Source: Somniosus microcephalus (lineage: Eukaryota). Taken from it: a stretch of 64,000 bases of DNA. Each line of letters opens with the position of its first letter. Position 1 is the stretch's first letter. Positions 24,930 to 39,012 of the stretch are shown one piece after another. The DNA is taken from assembly GCA_052327205.1 (NCBI GenBank), contig CM126203.1, positions 376,278,001-376,342,000 on the forward strand. The letters run 5' to 3'. Under the pieces are notes generated by a model. The model had not been told where the DNA came from, made no database searches, and saw nothing but the letters and a program-made list of their open reading frames with translations. The position numbers and the translations under genes were made by a program.

Positions 24930-27034
24930 CTTTTGTTTTACAGCTCAAAACACTCACTCCAAATGAAACCACCACATTTGGAAGGGCAGAATGTAGAATT
25001 GTACTGCTGGGTGTTCTTTGCACAGCTCAGGTGGGCATGATATGAAAACTGCACACCTTCGCTTGACTGAGACACCCTGGGGTAGGCGTATAAAATGGCC
25101 TGTGGCAATGCCGCATGCTTTATTGCAACCCTAGCGACAGCACTGGTGTCCGTCTCATCTTTATCAGTATTCAGTAAACAGCCTGAGCCTTTTCAGTATT
25201 GTTCTTTGGTGTTGATTTTAAAAGCTTGTGGATTTTGACTCTTCATTCTATTTAATGTGGATTGGGGGAGGTTTAAAATTGGAGGGGTGGGGGGGTGAGG
25301 CTTTCCTGATGGCTGAGCAGGCAGATGCACCTCTGGTTGGATCTGGCCCACATGGAGCAGGAGGGCACCAGATTAGATTTGTGTTGAACAGATCTCAGCC
25401 GAGACAGCAGTACGGACCATATAGTTCTCATCAGTGTCCCCGAGTTAGTGAGGGGAAGGTATCAATAGAGGCTCCTGCTTCTGAATGCTGTCCAGTGACC
25501 CGAGCCGGAAGGTGTGTGGTACGCACATGGACTCGAGACAGGATCAGACTTGGCTGGGATGCACTCCATGGATAAATAGCCTGCTGACACTCGCTGTATA
25601 ATCTCTGATGTGATGATTGGACATGTGGACAGGGTACTGGAGGGGTCTGCCGTTTGTAACTGTAGCCCACTATAGGTCGGTGCCTTCAGGAAAGGAAGGG
25701 AGAAATTTAGGAGAGTTGGGCGTGGTGGGGGGAGGGGGTTAATGCTTGGACAGTTACTTGTGTATTCTTAATTCTGATGTTACTGCCTTTTTATACGTGA
25801 CAATTTATATTTGTTACACTGTGATTTTACATTTAGTTCAGGTAATTGAGATAGTTTCTTCTACCTAACTCATCGCTACTTGCTGTGCTGCGCAAAAATG
25901 TGATGGTGCACAGTTTTCAGTTTAGTGTAGTACAGTAATGGGGCAGCTGCAGTTCCCTCCTGTACAGGTATGTAGCAGAGAGATCCAGGTAACTGGAAGG
26001 TGAAGTTTTATTACTAGTTGACTGGAGGAATTCTCAGCCTTCACTGTTGTGCTGTTACCAAAACGATTTTTAAAAAATAAATTACTATTTTGTGGTATTT
26101 TTAAAAATATGTTTGGTATACTGTTTTTAGCCTCTTCAGTAGTGAGAAGTGTTTTGTTAACCCGCCTGTACCCTTTTGTACATCGTCTAATTTTTTTGTT
26201 TTTAAACCGTTACTGAAGTTTTATGCTCACTGACTGCTTGGAAATCCTATCGTTGTATCCTTCCCCGAACTGCTGGTCTTCCACTTCCGTGCAGGCTAAC
26301 ATTTGTTCCACTTCCAACAGACTCCTTGTTCTTCCTGAACTTCAGATATGCCGTGCTACACACTCCATCCTTCTGCGTTGGAATCGAGACTTTTTTTTGG
26401 GCCAAGACTTTAATACTGTGAATACTTGCCTGCTTCACTCCGCTCATCCTCTTACAATCGGCAGGCTTTTAAAACCCAACCTCAGCAATATGTACCCACG
26501 ACTTGATTTATCTTCTCCCCAACTCTGGTTTCATTATCTTTGATGTTCATAATCATAATAAATCATACAGCATCATGCCGGCTCGGCTCTGTGAAAGAGC
26601 TGTCCAATTAGTCCCACTATCCTGCTCTTTTCCCCACAGCCCGGCAATTGTTTCTTTTAAAAGTATTTATCCAATTCCCTTTTGAAAGTTACTATTGAAT
26701 CTGCTTCCAACACCCTTTCGGGCAAAGATGCAGGCAAGTTTAAGACAAGAATACCAATTTACAAATGTAAACAACAGTTATACGTAATACAAGAATATAT
26801 TAATCTAAAATCACTTTTTCATTAAAAAAGGAAGAGGTCTTCATCAAAAATCTCCAAGGAGAACTTGGGCTTTCTGCTATTATTTGACTGTAAAATTTCA
26901 CATGGGCTGCTGTATTTACACAGGAGATCTAAATTCTTCGGGCCAGGTCACTATGTATGGCAAAAAGCACAATATGTAGAACACAATGCTGGGGCTCTTT
27001 TCTCCAGAAAAGAAAAGACCGAGAGAGGTGACCT

Positions 27035-27725
27035 AGAATCATAGAATGATACAGCACATGAGGCCATTCGGCCCATTGTGCCTGTGCCGGCTCTTTGAAA
27101 GAGCGATCCAATTAGTCCCACTATCCTGCTCTTTTCCCCACAGCCCTGCAATTGTTTCTTTGGTAGACTGATCCAATTAATCCCACTCCCCTGCTCTTTC
27201 TCAATAGCCCTCTAATGTTTTTTCCTTTGAGTATTTATCCAATTCTCTTTTAAATGCTACTATTAAAAATGCTTCCACCCCCCTCTCAGCGCATTCCAAA
27301 TCACAACAACTCGATGTGTTTCCTCATGTCGCCTCTGGTTCTATTGACCTGATAGAGGTCTTGAAAATTATGAAGGGGTTCGATAGGGTAGATGTAGAGA
27401 AGGTGTTTCCACTTGTGGGGGAGACTAAAACTAGGGGCCATAAATATAAGACAGTCACCAATAAATCCAATAGGGAATTGAGGAGAAACTTCTTTACCCA
27501 GAGAGTGGTGAGAATGTGGAACTCACTACCACAAGGAGTAGTTGCGGCGAATAGCATAGATACATTTAAGGGGAAGCTAAATAAGCACATGAGGGAGAAA
27601 GGAACAGAAGGATATGTTGATGGGGTTTGATGAAGAAGGGTGGGAGGAGGCTCATGTGGAGCATTAACACCGACATGGAGCTATTGGACCGAATGGCCTG
27701 TTTCTGTGCTGTAAATACTTTGTAA
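27035..27725. mobile_element. Back-to-back CR1 3' fragments (- 27035-27340; + 27343-27725)
   Basis: DLIEVLKIMKGFDRV...FFTQRVVRMWNSLP on +; CR1 tail sequence on -. Confidence 0.65.
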
Positions 27726-28956
27726 AAATTTGTAACTTTGTCGGAGCAATACTGCTTCAGAGCCTCTTAGGAAGGGAAATTTGCCTCTCGATGACTTTTC
27801 TGCCATCAAGTCTTGGTTGACTCACAACTGCCTCCAGCTCAACATTGCCATCATCATCAGCCCCTGCCAGAAACTTTGCTCCTTTGTCAGCGATTCCATC
27901 TCCCCATCCTGGCCACTCTCAGGCCCAACCAGATGGCCCTTAATCTCATCACCCTATTTGACCCTGAGCTGAGCTTTAAATCCCACATCCTACCTGTTAC
28001 CAAGACCGCCTACATCCACCTCCTTGGCCTTGCCGATCGCTGCCAACCTAGCTGCTCTGCTGTGGAACCTGAACCTTTGTACATGACTTTGCTATCGTCA
28101 AACCTGGCTGCTCTATCCCTCCCCCCTTGCTTTCGTCCCATCCTCCAGTAATTCCAAACTCTCCAAACTATGCTGCATGTAACCTGCCCTGCAGCAAATT
28201 CCTACGGACCTCTATTTCCCCCCCCCCCGGCTCAGTGTGCAGTAAACATCCTCTGTAGTGTGATATTCAGCGATGCGGGTGAAATGGGGCCGAGGATCGA
28301 TCCCTGACTCAGCTGAATTAACTAATTTCAGCCAGGGCCGCAGTTGAGGTGTTACAACTGGCTTCCTAGGTCAGAGCTCCAGTTCCCAATCGATATATAG
28401 TGACTGTTGCTGAAAAGCTTTTGCGTGTGTGGAACACGATGGCCCTCTAGTCGAATAGCTTACAGTCACCCACTGTTTAGTTTCACACATGATTAATTAA
28501 TGGCTATATTGTACAAGGGTACAGTAGCATAGTGGTTATGTTACTGGATTAGTAATCCAGAGGCCTAGACGAATAATCCAGTAAACATGAGTTCAAATCC
28601 CACCATGGCAGCTAGGGAATTTAAATTCAAATAAATCTGGAATAAATAAAAAAGCTAGTATTGTGGCGACACGCCACCACTGGACATAATCCGCTCACGG
28701 CGGCACAGACAGTCTAAGCAGAAGCCCCCAGCCGGGGGCCCTTTCCTCCAGCAACTTGTTTCCCGCAGGGACAGGCTGCCGGGAGCACTTCCTGTCTGGG
28801 AAGTATTTAAGTGGATGTGCGGGCTTTTCTAGTTCCTGTTTGCCATGTGGTCAGAATAAAGCAGTTGTGTTTTCAATAGCTCTGTCTCGACTCCCACGTT
28901 TGCCGCGGTATCTCAACACTGGTGACCCCGACGCTCAGGACGAATCCTAAGCTAGC

Positions 28957-29658
28957 ATGGCGGATACAAACGTAGTCACGGTTAAATTACCTGACTTTTG
29001 GGAGAACCTCGCCGAAGCCTGGTTCGTTCAAGCTGAGTCCAGATTCCGGCTGAAAGGCATTACAGTCGACACCACGAAGTACGACTACCTCGTCGCCTCG
29101 CTCACCTACGCTACAGTCCCCAAGGTTTGGGCAGCGCTGCAGAATCCACCAACGGAGGGCAAGTACGAGCATCTGAAGGCTGCGCTACTTAAAAAATTTC
29201 AAACGTCCTCTTACCAGCGCCACTGCCAACTCCTGGACCTCCCCGGCCTTGGTGACGCTTCACCATCAGACCTGCTTTCCCACATGCTATCCCTCTCCGA
29301 CGACAAAAATCCCGGCGCCCTTTTTTGCACGCTTTTCATTCGGCAGCCCCCCGCCAGCATCTGCCCGCTCCTTGTGGAGTCTGACTCCACGGACCTGAAT
29401 GAGATAGCCGAAAAGGCCAACCGGCTGCTCTCTGCACAGGCCGCTCGCGACGTCGCGCCCGACCTCACGGCAACGACCACGCGGTCTTCCCGGGCCGCTA
29501 GGCCCGACCGCCCTACCACTCCGGGTCACTGCTACTACCACACCCGTTTTGGCGCTAGGGCTCAACGCTGCACGCCACCGTGTTCCTTCAAACCCCCCCC
29601 CCGCACCGGCCCCCGCGATGGCCGCGGGGCAGAAGGAGCCCCGACTGTACGTCACTGA
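28957..29658 (+). CDS. CsRn1-type Gag
   Basis: VKLPDFW...AWFVQAE...TKYDYLV N-terminus and CHCC motif. Confidence 0.85.
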   Translation: MADTNVVTVKLPDFWENLAEAWFVQAESRFRLKGITVDTTKYDYLVASLTYATVPKVWAALQNPPTEGKYEHLKAALLKKFQTSSYQRHCQLLDLPGLGDASPSDLLSHMLSLSDDKNPGALFCTLFIRQPPASICPLLVESDSTDLNEIAEKANRLLSAQAARDVAPDLTATTTRSSRAARPDRPTTPGHCYYHTRFGARAQRCTPPCSFKPPPRTGPRDGRGAEGAPTVRH

Positions 29659-32600
29659 CGACAGAACCAACCGCCGATTTCTGTGCGACACGGGCCCAGC
29701 ACAGCATCACCCCCGCCTCCGCCCTCGAGATCCAACGCGGCACACGGGGTATCACACTGGCTGCAGCCAACGGCTCTGAAATCCGCACATATGGCACCCG
29801 CATGGTCACGCTCAACCTCGCGGGCCACCGCTACCGCTGGGAGTTCCTGACAGCCAAGGTCCTCTGCCCACTCATTGGCGCCGACTTCCTACGCGCCCAC
29901 GGCCTCCTTGTCGACATTCCGAGGCACCGCCTCGTCGACATCAACACTATGGCCCCCATCCCCGGCGCCTTTACCCCGGCCCGTTCGGCCGGCCCGACGA
30001 CCTACTGCCTCGCCAGAGCCACAGACGACTACACGGCACTCCTAGCTGAGTTTCCCGCCCTCACTAACCCAACCTTTTCGGCCACAGCCGCCAAGCACGG
30101 TGTGGAACACTATATCCCCACCACCGGCCCCCCAGTTTCTGCCCACGCCCGCAGACTCAACCCGGCCAAGCTGGAAATCGCGCGGGCCGAGTTTACCAAC
30201 ATGGAACAACTCGGCATCATCCGCCGCTCCAGCAGCCCTTGGGCCTCGCCCCTCCACATCGCCCCCAAGCCCGGCGGAGGCTGGCGCCCTTGCGGGGACT
30301 ACCGCCGCCTCAACGACGCCACCACCCCCGATCGGTACCCGGTGCCGCACATCCAGGACTTCTCGGTCCGACTGGCCGGACGAACCGTCTTTTCCAAAGT
30401 CGACCTGGTGCGCGGTTACCACCAAGTCCCCGTACACCCCGCGGACATCCCCAAAACGGCCGTCATCACCCCAATTGGCCTGTTCGAGTTCCTGAGGATG
30501 CCCTTCGGCCTCAAGAATGCAGCACAGGCTTTCCAGCGCCTTATGGACTCAGTCCTCCGGGACCTGAACTTCCTATTCGTCTATCTAGACGACATTCTCG
30601 TGGCCAGCTCCTCCAAACAGGAACACCTCGAACACCTTCGCATCCTGTTCGGGCGCCTAGCCCAACACGGGCTCATCCTCAGCCCGGCGAAGTGCCAATT
30701 CGGCCTAACCGAGATCGATTTTCTCGGTCACCACATCACCCCTGCTGGGGCCGTCCCCCTGCCCAACAAGGTGCAGGCCGTCCAGCAATTCCCCCGCCCC
30801 ACAACCATCAAGGGCCTCCAGGAGTTCCTCGGGATGGTGAACTTCTACAACAGGTTCATCCCCAGAGCCGCAGCCCTTATGAAGCCCCTATACGACTCCC
30901 TCCGAGGAAAATCCGGCAAGATGGATGTAGCCTGGACCACTGACACGGCAGCCGCCTTCGACGCCACCAAAAACGCGCTCGCCGACGCCACTCTGCTCGC
31001 GCACCCGAGGGCCGATGCCTGGGTCGCGCTCACCACCGACGCCTCCGACCACGCGGTCGGGGCCGTGTTCAAGCAGTGGGTCAATGGCGCGTGGCAGCCA
31101 CTTGCCTTCTACAGCCGCCAACTGCGCCCCCCGGAGGTCAAATACTCCACTTTCGACCGCGAGCTTCTCGCACTCCACCTGTCGGTCCGCCATTTCAGGT
31201 TCCTCCTGGAAGGCCGCCCCTTCACCGCGTATGTGGACCACAAGCCACTCACATACGCGATGGCCAAGCACACCGAACCCTGGTCCGCTAGGCAGCAACG
31301 CCAGCTCGCGGCCGTCTCTGAGTTTACTACGGACATTCAGCATGTCTCCGGTAGAGACAACGTGGTCGCCGACTGCCTTTCCCGTCCCGCCGTCTGTGCG
31401 AATCACCTCGCGGTCGACTACGCACAACTAGCAGCGGCCCAGCTCACGGACCCAGACCTCCTCTCAGCGGCTACCAGCCTGCCAGGGCTACGCCTAGCCA
31501 AGGTCGCGCACGGGCCTGAAGCCACGGCAGTCACGTGCAATGTCTCACTCGGCCAACCCAGGCCGGTCGTCCCTGAGACCTGGCGCCGCCGCGTCTTCGA
31601 CGCGCTCCACGGGCTCTCTCACCCGGGTTCCCGCGCATCCGTCAAACTCCTCTCCAAGCGCTTCGTCTGGCGCGGCCTTAGCAGAGATGTTCGGACTTGG
31701 GCCACCTCCTGCCTCGCCTGCCAACGGGCTAAGGTACAGCTGCACACCAAAGCACCCCTGGGAGACTTCGAGGTACCCAGCCGCCGCTTCGACCACGTAC
31801 ACGTCGACATCGTCGGTCCCCTGCCGCCATCGCAAGGCCAAACTTATCTCCTCACGATGGTCGACCGCTACACACGCTGGCCTCCACCACCACAGCCGAC
31901 ATCGCCAGGGCGTTCGTTAACACCTGGGTTGCGAGGTTCGGCGTACCGGCCGACATAACCTCCGACAGAGGCGCCCAGTTCACCTCCGAACTCTGGACGG
32001 CCACAGCACGCAACCTCGGGGTGACGCTCCACCGCACCACGGCGTACCACCCGCAGGCCAATGGACTTTGTGAACGCTTCCACAGGTCACTCAAGGCCTC
32101 ACTCCGCGCCGGCCTGCAGGACAGTACCTGGACTGACCGCCTACCGTGGGTGCTACTCGGCCTACGCACTGCGGTCAAGGAAGACCTGCAGTCCTCGGCA
32201 GCGGAGTTAGTCTACGGACAACAGCTGCGCGTCCCAGGCGAATTCCTTCCGGAGCCTACCAAGTCTTGGTCGGCCGAACAGCAGCGGCTCGACTCTTTCT
32301 CTTCCGCTCAGCAGTTCGCCCCACTTCCGGTCAACCGATACGGCGAACTCGCACCTCACGTCCCGCCAAATTTACAGCAGGCGCGCTTCGTCTTCGTGCG
32401 ACACGACGCGCACCGCGGGCCCCTGCGACCCCCGTACGATGGTCCGTACGAGGTACTACAAACCGGGGACAAGGTATTCAAGCTGCGACTCGGCGACAGG
32501 GTCGAGACAGCCTCCATCGACCGGCTCAAACCAGCACACACAGAACCAGGGGAACAGGTCCCCGTGGCCCAGCCTCCAGCCAGAGGCCGTCCCCCCGGCA

Positions 32601-32713
32601 AGCCAGCACAGCCGGCGGCGAACCGCCCGACCCAACCAACCAGACCGGCGACCACTCAGAGCCGCTGCGGCAGAACCATTAGACCACCGTCACGACTCGT
32701 CCACTCCTCCTAA
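29600..32713 (+). pseudogene. CsRn1-type pol (PR-RT-RH-IN) with frameshifts
   Basis: FLCDTG protease, YLDD RT, TDAS RNase H, HHCC/DDE integrase, PYDGPY module; frameshift near 29695 and a deletion/frameshift near 31881. Confidence 0.85.
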
Positions 32714-35026
32714 GCGGATTCTGGGGGGAGCTCTGTGGCGACACGCCACCACTGGACATAATCCGCTCACGGCGGCACAGACAGTCTAAGCAGAAGCCCC
32801 CAGCCGGGGGCCCTTTCCTCCAGCAACTTGTTTCCCGCAGGGACAGGCTGCCGGGAGCACTTCCTGTCTGGGAAGTATTTAAGTGGATGTGCGGGCTTTT
32901 CTAGTTCCTGTTTGCCATGTGGTCAGAATAAAGCAGTTGTGTTTTCAATAGCTCTGTCTCGACTCCCACGTTTGCCGCGGTATCTCAACAGTATCAGTAT
33001 TGGTGACCATGAAACTACTGGATTGTTGTCAAAACCCATCTTGTTCACTAATGTCTTTCAGAGAAGGAGATCTGCCGTCCTCGCCCGGTCTGGGCCTATA
33101 TGTGACTGCAGACAAACAGCAATGTGGTTGACTCTTTGAAATGGCCCACTAAGCCACTCAGTTAAGGGTAATTTGGAATGGGCAATAAATGCTGGCCTTG
33201 CAAGCGACACCCACATTCCATGAATGAATAAAGAAAAAAAATATCAAGGTACTGGAGGGGGGCAGATTAGGAACAGGATTCCAGCACCTTAGGGACAGAA
33301 AAACTCCCCGGGGCATGGACTTCAAAATCTTTGCTTTTGTTTTCATAACCTCGTCCCTCCCAACCTCCTGCACCCCCACATCCCTGCGCGACTCTCCACT
33401 CTTTCAATTCTGTTCTTCCTCTCTACCTCTTTCCTCATTTGATGCTCCTTAAAACCTACCTCTTTGACCAAGCTTTTGGTCATCTGCCCTAATATCTCCT
33501 TATGTAGCTCGTTGTCAAATTACATTTGATAACGCTCCTGTGAAGCACCTTGGGATGTTTTACTATGTTAAAGGAGGTACATAAATGCAAGCTGTTGTTG
33601 TTGTACTGTGTGTTGCCCACGTCCCATGACCCCCACTCTGGGACTCCCTTGCTAATCCCCTCCATCTCTCCACCTTAAAATAAACCACCTCAAAACCGAC
33701 CTCTTTGCCAGCCACCTTTAGTCCCCTACCTTAGTCCGCCTACTACTCAGGACTGGTTCCCAGCTATGAAGTACCATGGGATGTTTCACCACGTGAAAGG
33801 TGCTATGTAAATGCAAATCTTTAATGCTTTTATTGTACTACATTTGCCTAAATTAAGGCCATTGTGTGAGGCCCCACTCCCAGCCTGGAACCTTGCTGGA
33901 AGAACTGAAGATCGGAAATAGCAGATTCTGTGACCGGCATTCCGGTCTTGTAAGCCTCCACACAACAAGCCCTGCCTATATATTACCTAGGAACACACTT
34001 CTAAAATCTCAATCCACAACACGTGACGTAGCACAGTTTAGTGGCCTGAGCCAAGAAAAGGCACCAAGCGGACGATCGGGAAAGGTGAAATGGAGGGTTA
34101 AATTGGAAGCCTGCCCTGTCTCGGAAGAGGCAGCTCAGGAATTACTGAATGTGTTTCACAAGATGTGTAAGTGGGCAGAACAATGGCTGGTGATGTATAA
34201 CACAGAAAGTGTAAAGTGCTACACATAGGAAGGAAAATAGACGAGACACATACCTCCATGAATGATGTTATGATGGCTGAGGACAATGCTGAGACCTAGG
34301 CATCTTAGACTTGATGCTAAGCATATCCAACCAATGCAGTGCAGCAATCACTAAAGCCAATAGGATGTTGGAACGACATACAGCCAAAACAGTAGGAGGA
34401 TAATCAGAGGAGGTGGTGATCAAACCTGATAGCATCCTGGTCAGACGGCACCTTATAACTGCATCCAGGTCTGGGCACCAAGACAGAAGGGAAACATTCA
34501 AACACAATGCAGAGAAAAGCCACCAGGTTGATCTTAGTGTCAGTACTGTGACCATCGCGGGGTTAAACGTGCAGTCCCATTGCCACTCCTAATCCGCCCG
34601 TCGGGACCTTCATGTGGGTGACCCAATTGTTCGGCTGATTCAAATTGGTGTCCTATGCCTGGTTGGACAACCCTGGTGCAGTTTTGAGGTACCGGTGGGT
34701 GGGAATGCTCACACTCTGCCCACTGGTAGAGTCGGCACAGAGGGGTCTAACCAGTCATCCTTAATGGAATCGTACTGCTTGGTCATTGTCCGTCCAGAGT
34801 AAAAAAAAAACACCCCATCAGCCTAGAGAGAGGTGCTCTTAGATGTAAATAAGATTTATTAAGGGTATAGAAAAAGTTTACCTGGACTATTACTTTAAAC
34901 TGTGGGAGAACAACTGGGGGACACAAGTTCAAACTAGTAAAAGGTAATTGTAGGACTGATGTCAGGAAATTCTTCACACACAAAGTGATCAGTAAATGGA
35001 ATGGACTCCCAGATAGAGTATTGGAG

Positions 35027-38000
35027 GTGGAGTGGCTCAGTAGTATCACTACTGACCGAGCTGGCCGAGTCCTGAAGGACATAGCTGCCAGACTGGGCCT
35101 GCAGCAGGGGGTGAGAGAACCAACACGAGGGAAAAACCTACTTGACCGCATCCTCACCAATCTACCTGTTGCAGATGCATCTGTCCATAGAAACATAGAA
35201 GATAGGAGCAGGAGTAGGCCATTCAGCCCTTCGAGACTGCTCCGCCATTCAATGAGATCATGGCTGATCATCCAAATTCAGTACCCTGTTCCTGCCTTCT
35301 CCCCATATCCCTTGATCCCTTTAGCCTCAAGAAATATATCCAACTCTACCTTGAATATATTTAATGAACTGGCCTCCACCACCCCCTGTGGCAGAGAATT
35401 CCACAGGTTCACCACTCTCTGGGTGAAGAAATTCCTCCTCATTTCAGTCCTAAATGCCTTACCCCTTATCCTTAGACTATGACCCCTGGTTCTGGACTCC
35501 CCGGCCATCAGAAACATCCTTTCTGCATCTAGTCTGTCCAGACCTGACAGAATTTTATAGGTTTCGATGAGATCCCCTCTCAATCTTCTAAACTCCAGTG
35601 AGTATAAGCCCAATTGGCACAATCTCTCCTCGTACGTCATTCCTGCCATCCCAGGTATCAGCCTGGTGAATCTTCGCTGCACTCCCTCCATGGCAAGAAC
35701 GTCCTTCCTCAGGTAAGGTGACCAAAACTGCACACAATACTCAAGGTGCGGTCTCACTAAGGCCCTATACAACTGCAGCAAGACATCCTTGTTCTTGTAC
35801 TTGAACCCTCTTGCTACGAAGGCCAACATACCATTTGCCTTCTTAACCGCCTGCTGCACCTGCATGCTTACCTTCAGCGACTGGTGCACAAGAACACCCA
35901 GGTCTCTTTGCACTTCCCCTTCTCCCAATCTATTGCCATTCAAATAATAATCTGCCTTCCTGTTTTTGCCACCAAAGTGGATAACCTCACATTTATCCAC
36001 ATTATAGTGCATTTGCCATGTTTCTGCCCAATCACCCAACCTGTCCAAATCATACTGGAGTTTCACGACATCCTCCTCACAGCATACCCTCCCACCCAGC
36101 TTTGTGTCGTCTGCAAATTTGGAGATATTACATCCAATTCCCTCGTACAGATCAATATATATTGAGAACAGCTGGGGTCCTAGGAACGATCCTTGCGGTA
36201 CCCCACTAGTCACTGCCTGCCACTCGGAAAACAACCCGTTTATTCCAACTCTTTGCTTTCTGTCCGCCAACCAGTTCTCTATCCAAGTCAATACCTTGCC
36301 CCCAATCCCATGTGCCTTAATTTTGCACGCTAACCTCTTATGCGGGACCTTATCGAAGCCTTCTGAAAGTCCAAATACACCACATCCACTGGTTCTCCCT
36401 TCTCTATTTTACCAGTTACATCCTCAAAAAATTCCAGTAGATTAGTCAAGCATGATTTACCTTTTGTAAATCCATGTTGACTTTGTCCGATCCTGTCACT
36501 GCTTTCCAAGTGCTCTGCTATTACATCTTTTATAATGGACTCTAGCATTTTCCCCACTACCGATGTCAGGCTTACCGGTCTATAATTCCCCGCTTTTTCT
36601 CTGCCACCTTTTTTGAATAGTGGGGTAACATTAGCTACCCTCCAATCCATGGGTACTGTTCCAGAGTCTATTGAGTTCTGGAAGATGACCAGCAATGCAT
36701 CTACTATTTCTAGGGCCACTTCCTTAAGTACCCTGGGATGTAGATTATCAGGCCCTGGCGATTTATTGGCCTTCAGTCCCACCAATTTTCCTAACACCAT
36801 TTCCATGACTGTATTGGTAGGAGTGACCACCACACAGTCCTTGTGGGGATGAAGTCCCATCTTCACATTGAGCACACGCTCCATCGTGTTGTGTGGCACT
36901 ACCATCGAGCTACATGAGATAGATTCAGAACAGATTTAGCAGCTCAAAACTGGGCATCCATGAGGTGCTGTGGGCCATATACAGCAGAATTATATTCCAC
37001 CACAATCTGTAACCTAATGGCCCGCCATATCCCTCTACCATTACCATCAAGCCAGGGGACCAACCCTGGTTCAATAAGGAGTGTAGAAGAGCATGCCAGG
37101 AGCAGCACCAGGCATACCTAAAAATGAGGTGCCAACCTGGGGAAGCTGCAACTCAGGACTACATGCATGCTAAACAGTGGAAGCAGCATGCTATAGACAG
37201 CTAAGCAACCCCATAACCAACCAATCAGATCTGCAGTCCTGCCATTTCCAGTCATGAATGGTGGTGGACAATTAAATAATGGGAGGAGACTCCATGAACA
37301 TCCCCATCCTCAATGATGGCGGAGCCCAGCAAACGAGTGCAAAAGACAAGACTGAAGCGTTTGCAACTATCTTCAGCAAGAAAGGCCGAGTGGATGATCC
37401 ATCTTGGCATCCTCTTGAGGTCCCCGCCATCACAGAAGCCAGTCTTCAGCCAATTTGTTCACTCCACATTATAGCAAGCGTTGAGCGCACTGAATACAGC
37501 AAAGGCTATGGGCCCCTGACAACATCTTGGCTGTTGTACTGAAGACTTGTGCTCCAGAACCAGCCGTGCCTCTAGCCAAGCTGTTCCAGTACAGCTACAT
37601 CACTGGCATCTACCCGACAATGTGGAAAACTGCCCAGGTATGTCCTGTCCACAAAAAGTAGGACAAATCCAATCTGGCCAATTACCGCCCCATCAGTCTA
37701 CTCAATCATCGGCAACGTGATGGAAGGTGTCGACGACAGTGCTATCAAGCGGCACTTACCAATAACCTGCTCACCGATGCTCAGTTTGGGTTCCAGACCT
37801 CATTACAGCCTTGGTCCAAATATTGACGAGCTGAATTCCAGAGGTGAGGTGAGAGTGACTGCCCTAGACATCAAGGCAGCATTTGACTGAGTGTGGCATC
37901 AAGGGGTCCTAGTAAAATTGAAGTCAATGGGAATCGGGGGGGATTCTCCACTGGCTGGAGTCATATCTAACACAAAACAAGATGGTTATGGTTGTTGGAG

Positions 38001-39012
38001 GTCAATCATCTCAACCCCAGGACATCGCTGCAGGAGTTCCTCAGGGCAGTGTCCTAGGCCCAATCATCCTCAACTGCTTCATCAATTACCTTCCCTCCAT
38101 CATAAGATCAGAAGTGGGGATGTTCACTGATGATTGCAGTGTTCAGTTACATTCACAACTCCTCAGATAATGAAGCAGTCTATGCCCACATGCAGCAAGA
38201 CATGGATGACATTCAGGCTTGGGCTGATAAGTGGCAAGTAACATTCGCGCCACACAAGTGCCAGGCAATGACTGTCTCCAACAAGACAGAGTCTAACCAC
38301 CGTTGCTTGACAGTCAACGGCATTACCATCGTCGAATCCCCCACCATCAACATCTTGGGCGGGGGGGGGGTCACGATTGACCAGAAACTTAACTGCACCA
38401 GCCACATAAATACTGAGCAACGAGCAGGTAAGAGGCTGGGTATTCTGTGGCGAGTGTCTCACTTCCTGACTCCCCAAAGCCTTTCCATCATCTACAAGTC
38501 AGGAGTGTGATGGAATACTCTCCACTAGCCTGGATGCGTGCAGTTACAACAACACTCAAGAAGCTCGACACCATCCAGGACAAAGCAGCTCACTTGATTG
38601 GCACCCCATCCACCACCTTAAACAGTAACTCCCTCCACCACCAGCGCACCATGGCTGCAGTGTGTACCATCTACAAGATGCACTGCAGCAACTCGCCAAG
38701 GTTTCTTCGACAGCACCTCCCAAACCCGCAACCTCTACCACCTAGCAGGACAAGGGCAGCAGGCGCATAGGAACACCATCACCTCTAAGTTCCCCTCCAA
38801 GTCACACACCATCCTGACTTGGAAATATATCGCCGTTCCTTTATCGTTGTTGGGTCAAAATCCTGGAACTCCCTCCCTAACAGCACTGTGGGAGTACCTT
38901 CACCACACGGACTGCAGCGGTTCAAGAAGGTGGCTCACCTTGAGGGCATCTTAAGGATGGGCAATAAATGCTGGCCTTGCCAGCGATGCCCACATCCCAT
39001 AAATGATTAAAA
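35027..39012 (+). mobile_element. Older CR1/L2-group LINE (EN-RT remnants), interrupted by a CR1
   Basis: VREPTRGKNLLD.ILTN endonuclease end; GVPQGSVLGP and MFTDD RT motifs; 3' tail shared with the SINE family. Confidence 0.75.
35189..36801 (-). mobile_element. 5'-truncated CR1 LINE
   Basis: 337-aa RT ORF 35278-36291 (FADD); TCCAT duplication at 35184-35188 and 36802-36806. Confidence 0.9.

Larger units (their letters stand above)
28662..32990 (+). mobile_element. Full-length Ty3/Gypsy LTR retrotransposon, CsRn1-like clade
   Basis: 257-bp LTRs 28662-28918 and 32734-32990, apparently identical; 4-bp TSD GTAT; tRNA-Trp PBS TGGTGACCCCGACG at 28920; CHCC gag motif CYYHTRFGARAQRCTPPC; PPT GGGGGGAG. 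Confidence 0.95.
28517..33240 (+). mobile_element. tRNA-derived SINE (same family as 10413) interrupted by the CsRn1-type Gypsy
   Basis: Head at 28517-28661 and body/tail at 32995-33240 align with the 10413 copy. Confidence 0.75.

Noticed and set aside
23304-26082. SEMA4F poly(A) site
   Set aside because: Several AATAAA candidates (about 23304, 23331, 26077) and no transcript data to choose between them.
28987-32789. Many overlapping alternative-frame and antisense ORFs in the GC-rich Gypsy elements (also 5355-8972 and 61027-63891)
   Set aside because: Expected from high GC and low stop frequency; no recognisable domains.
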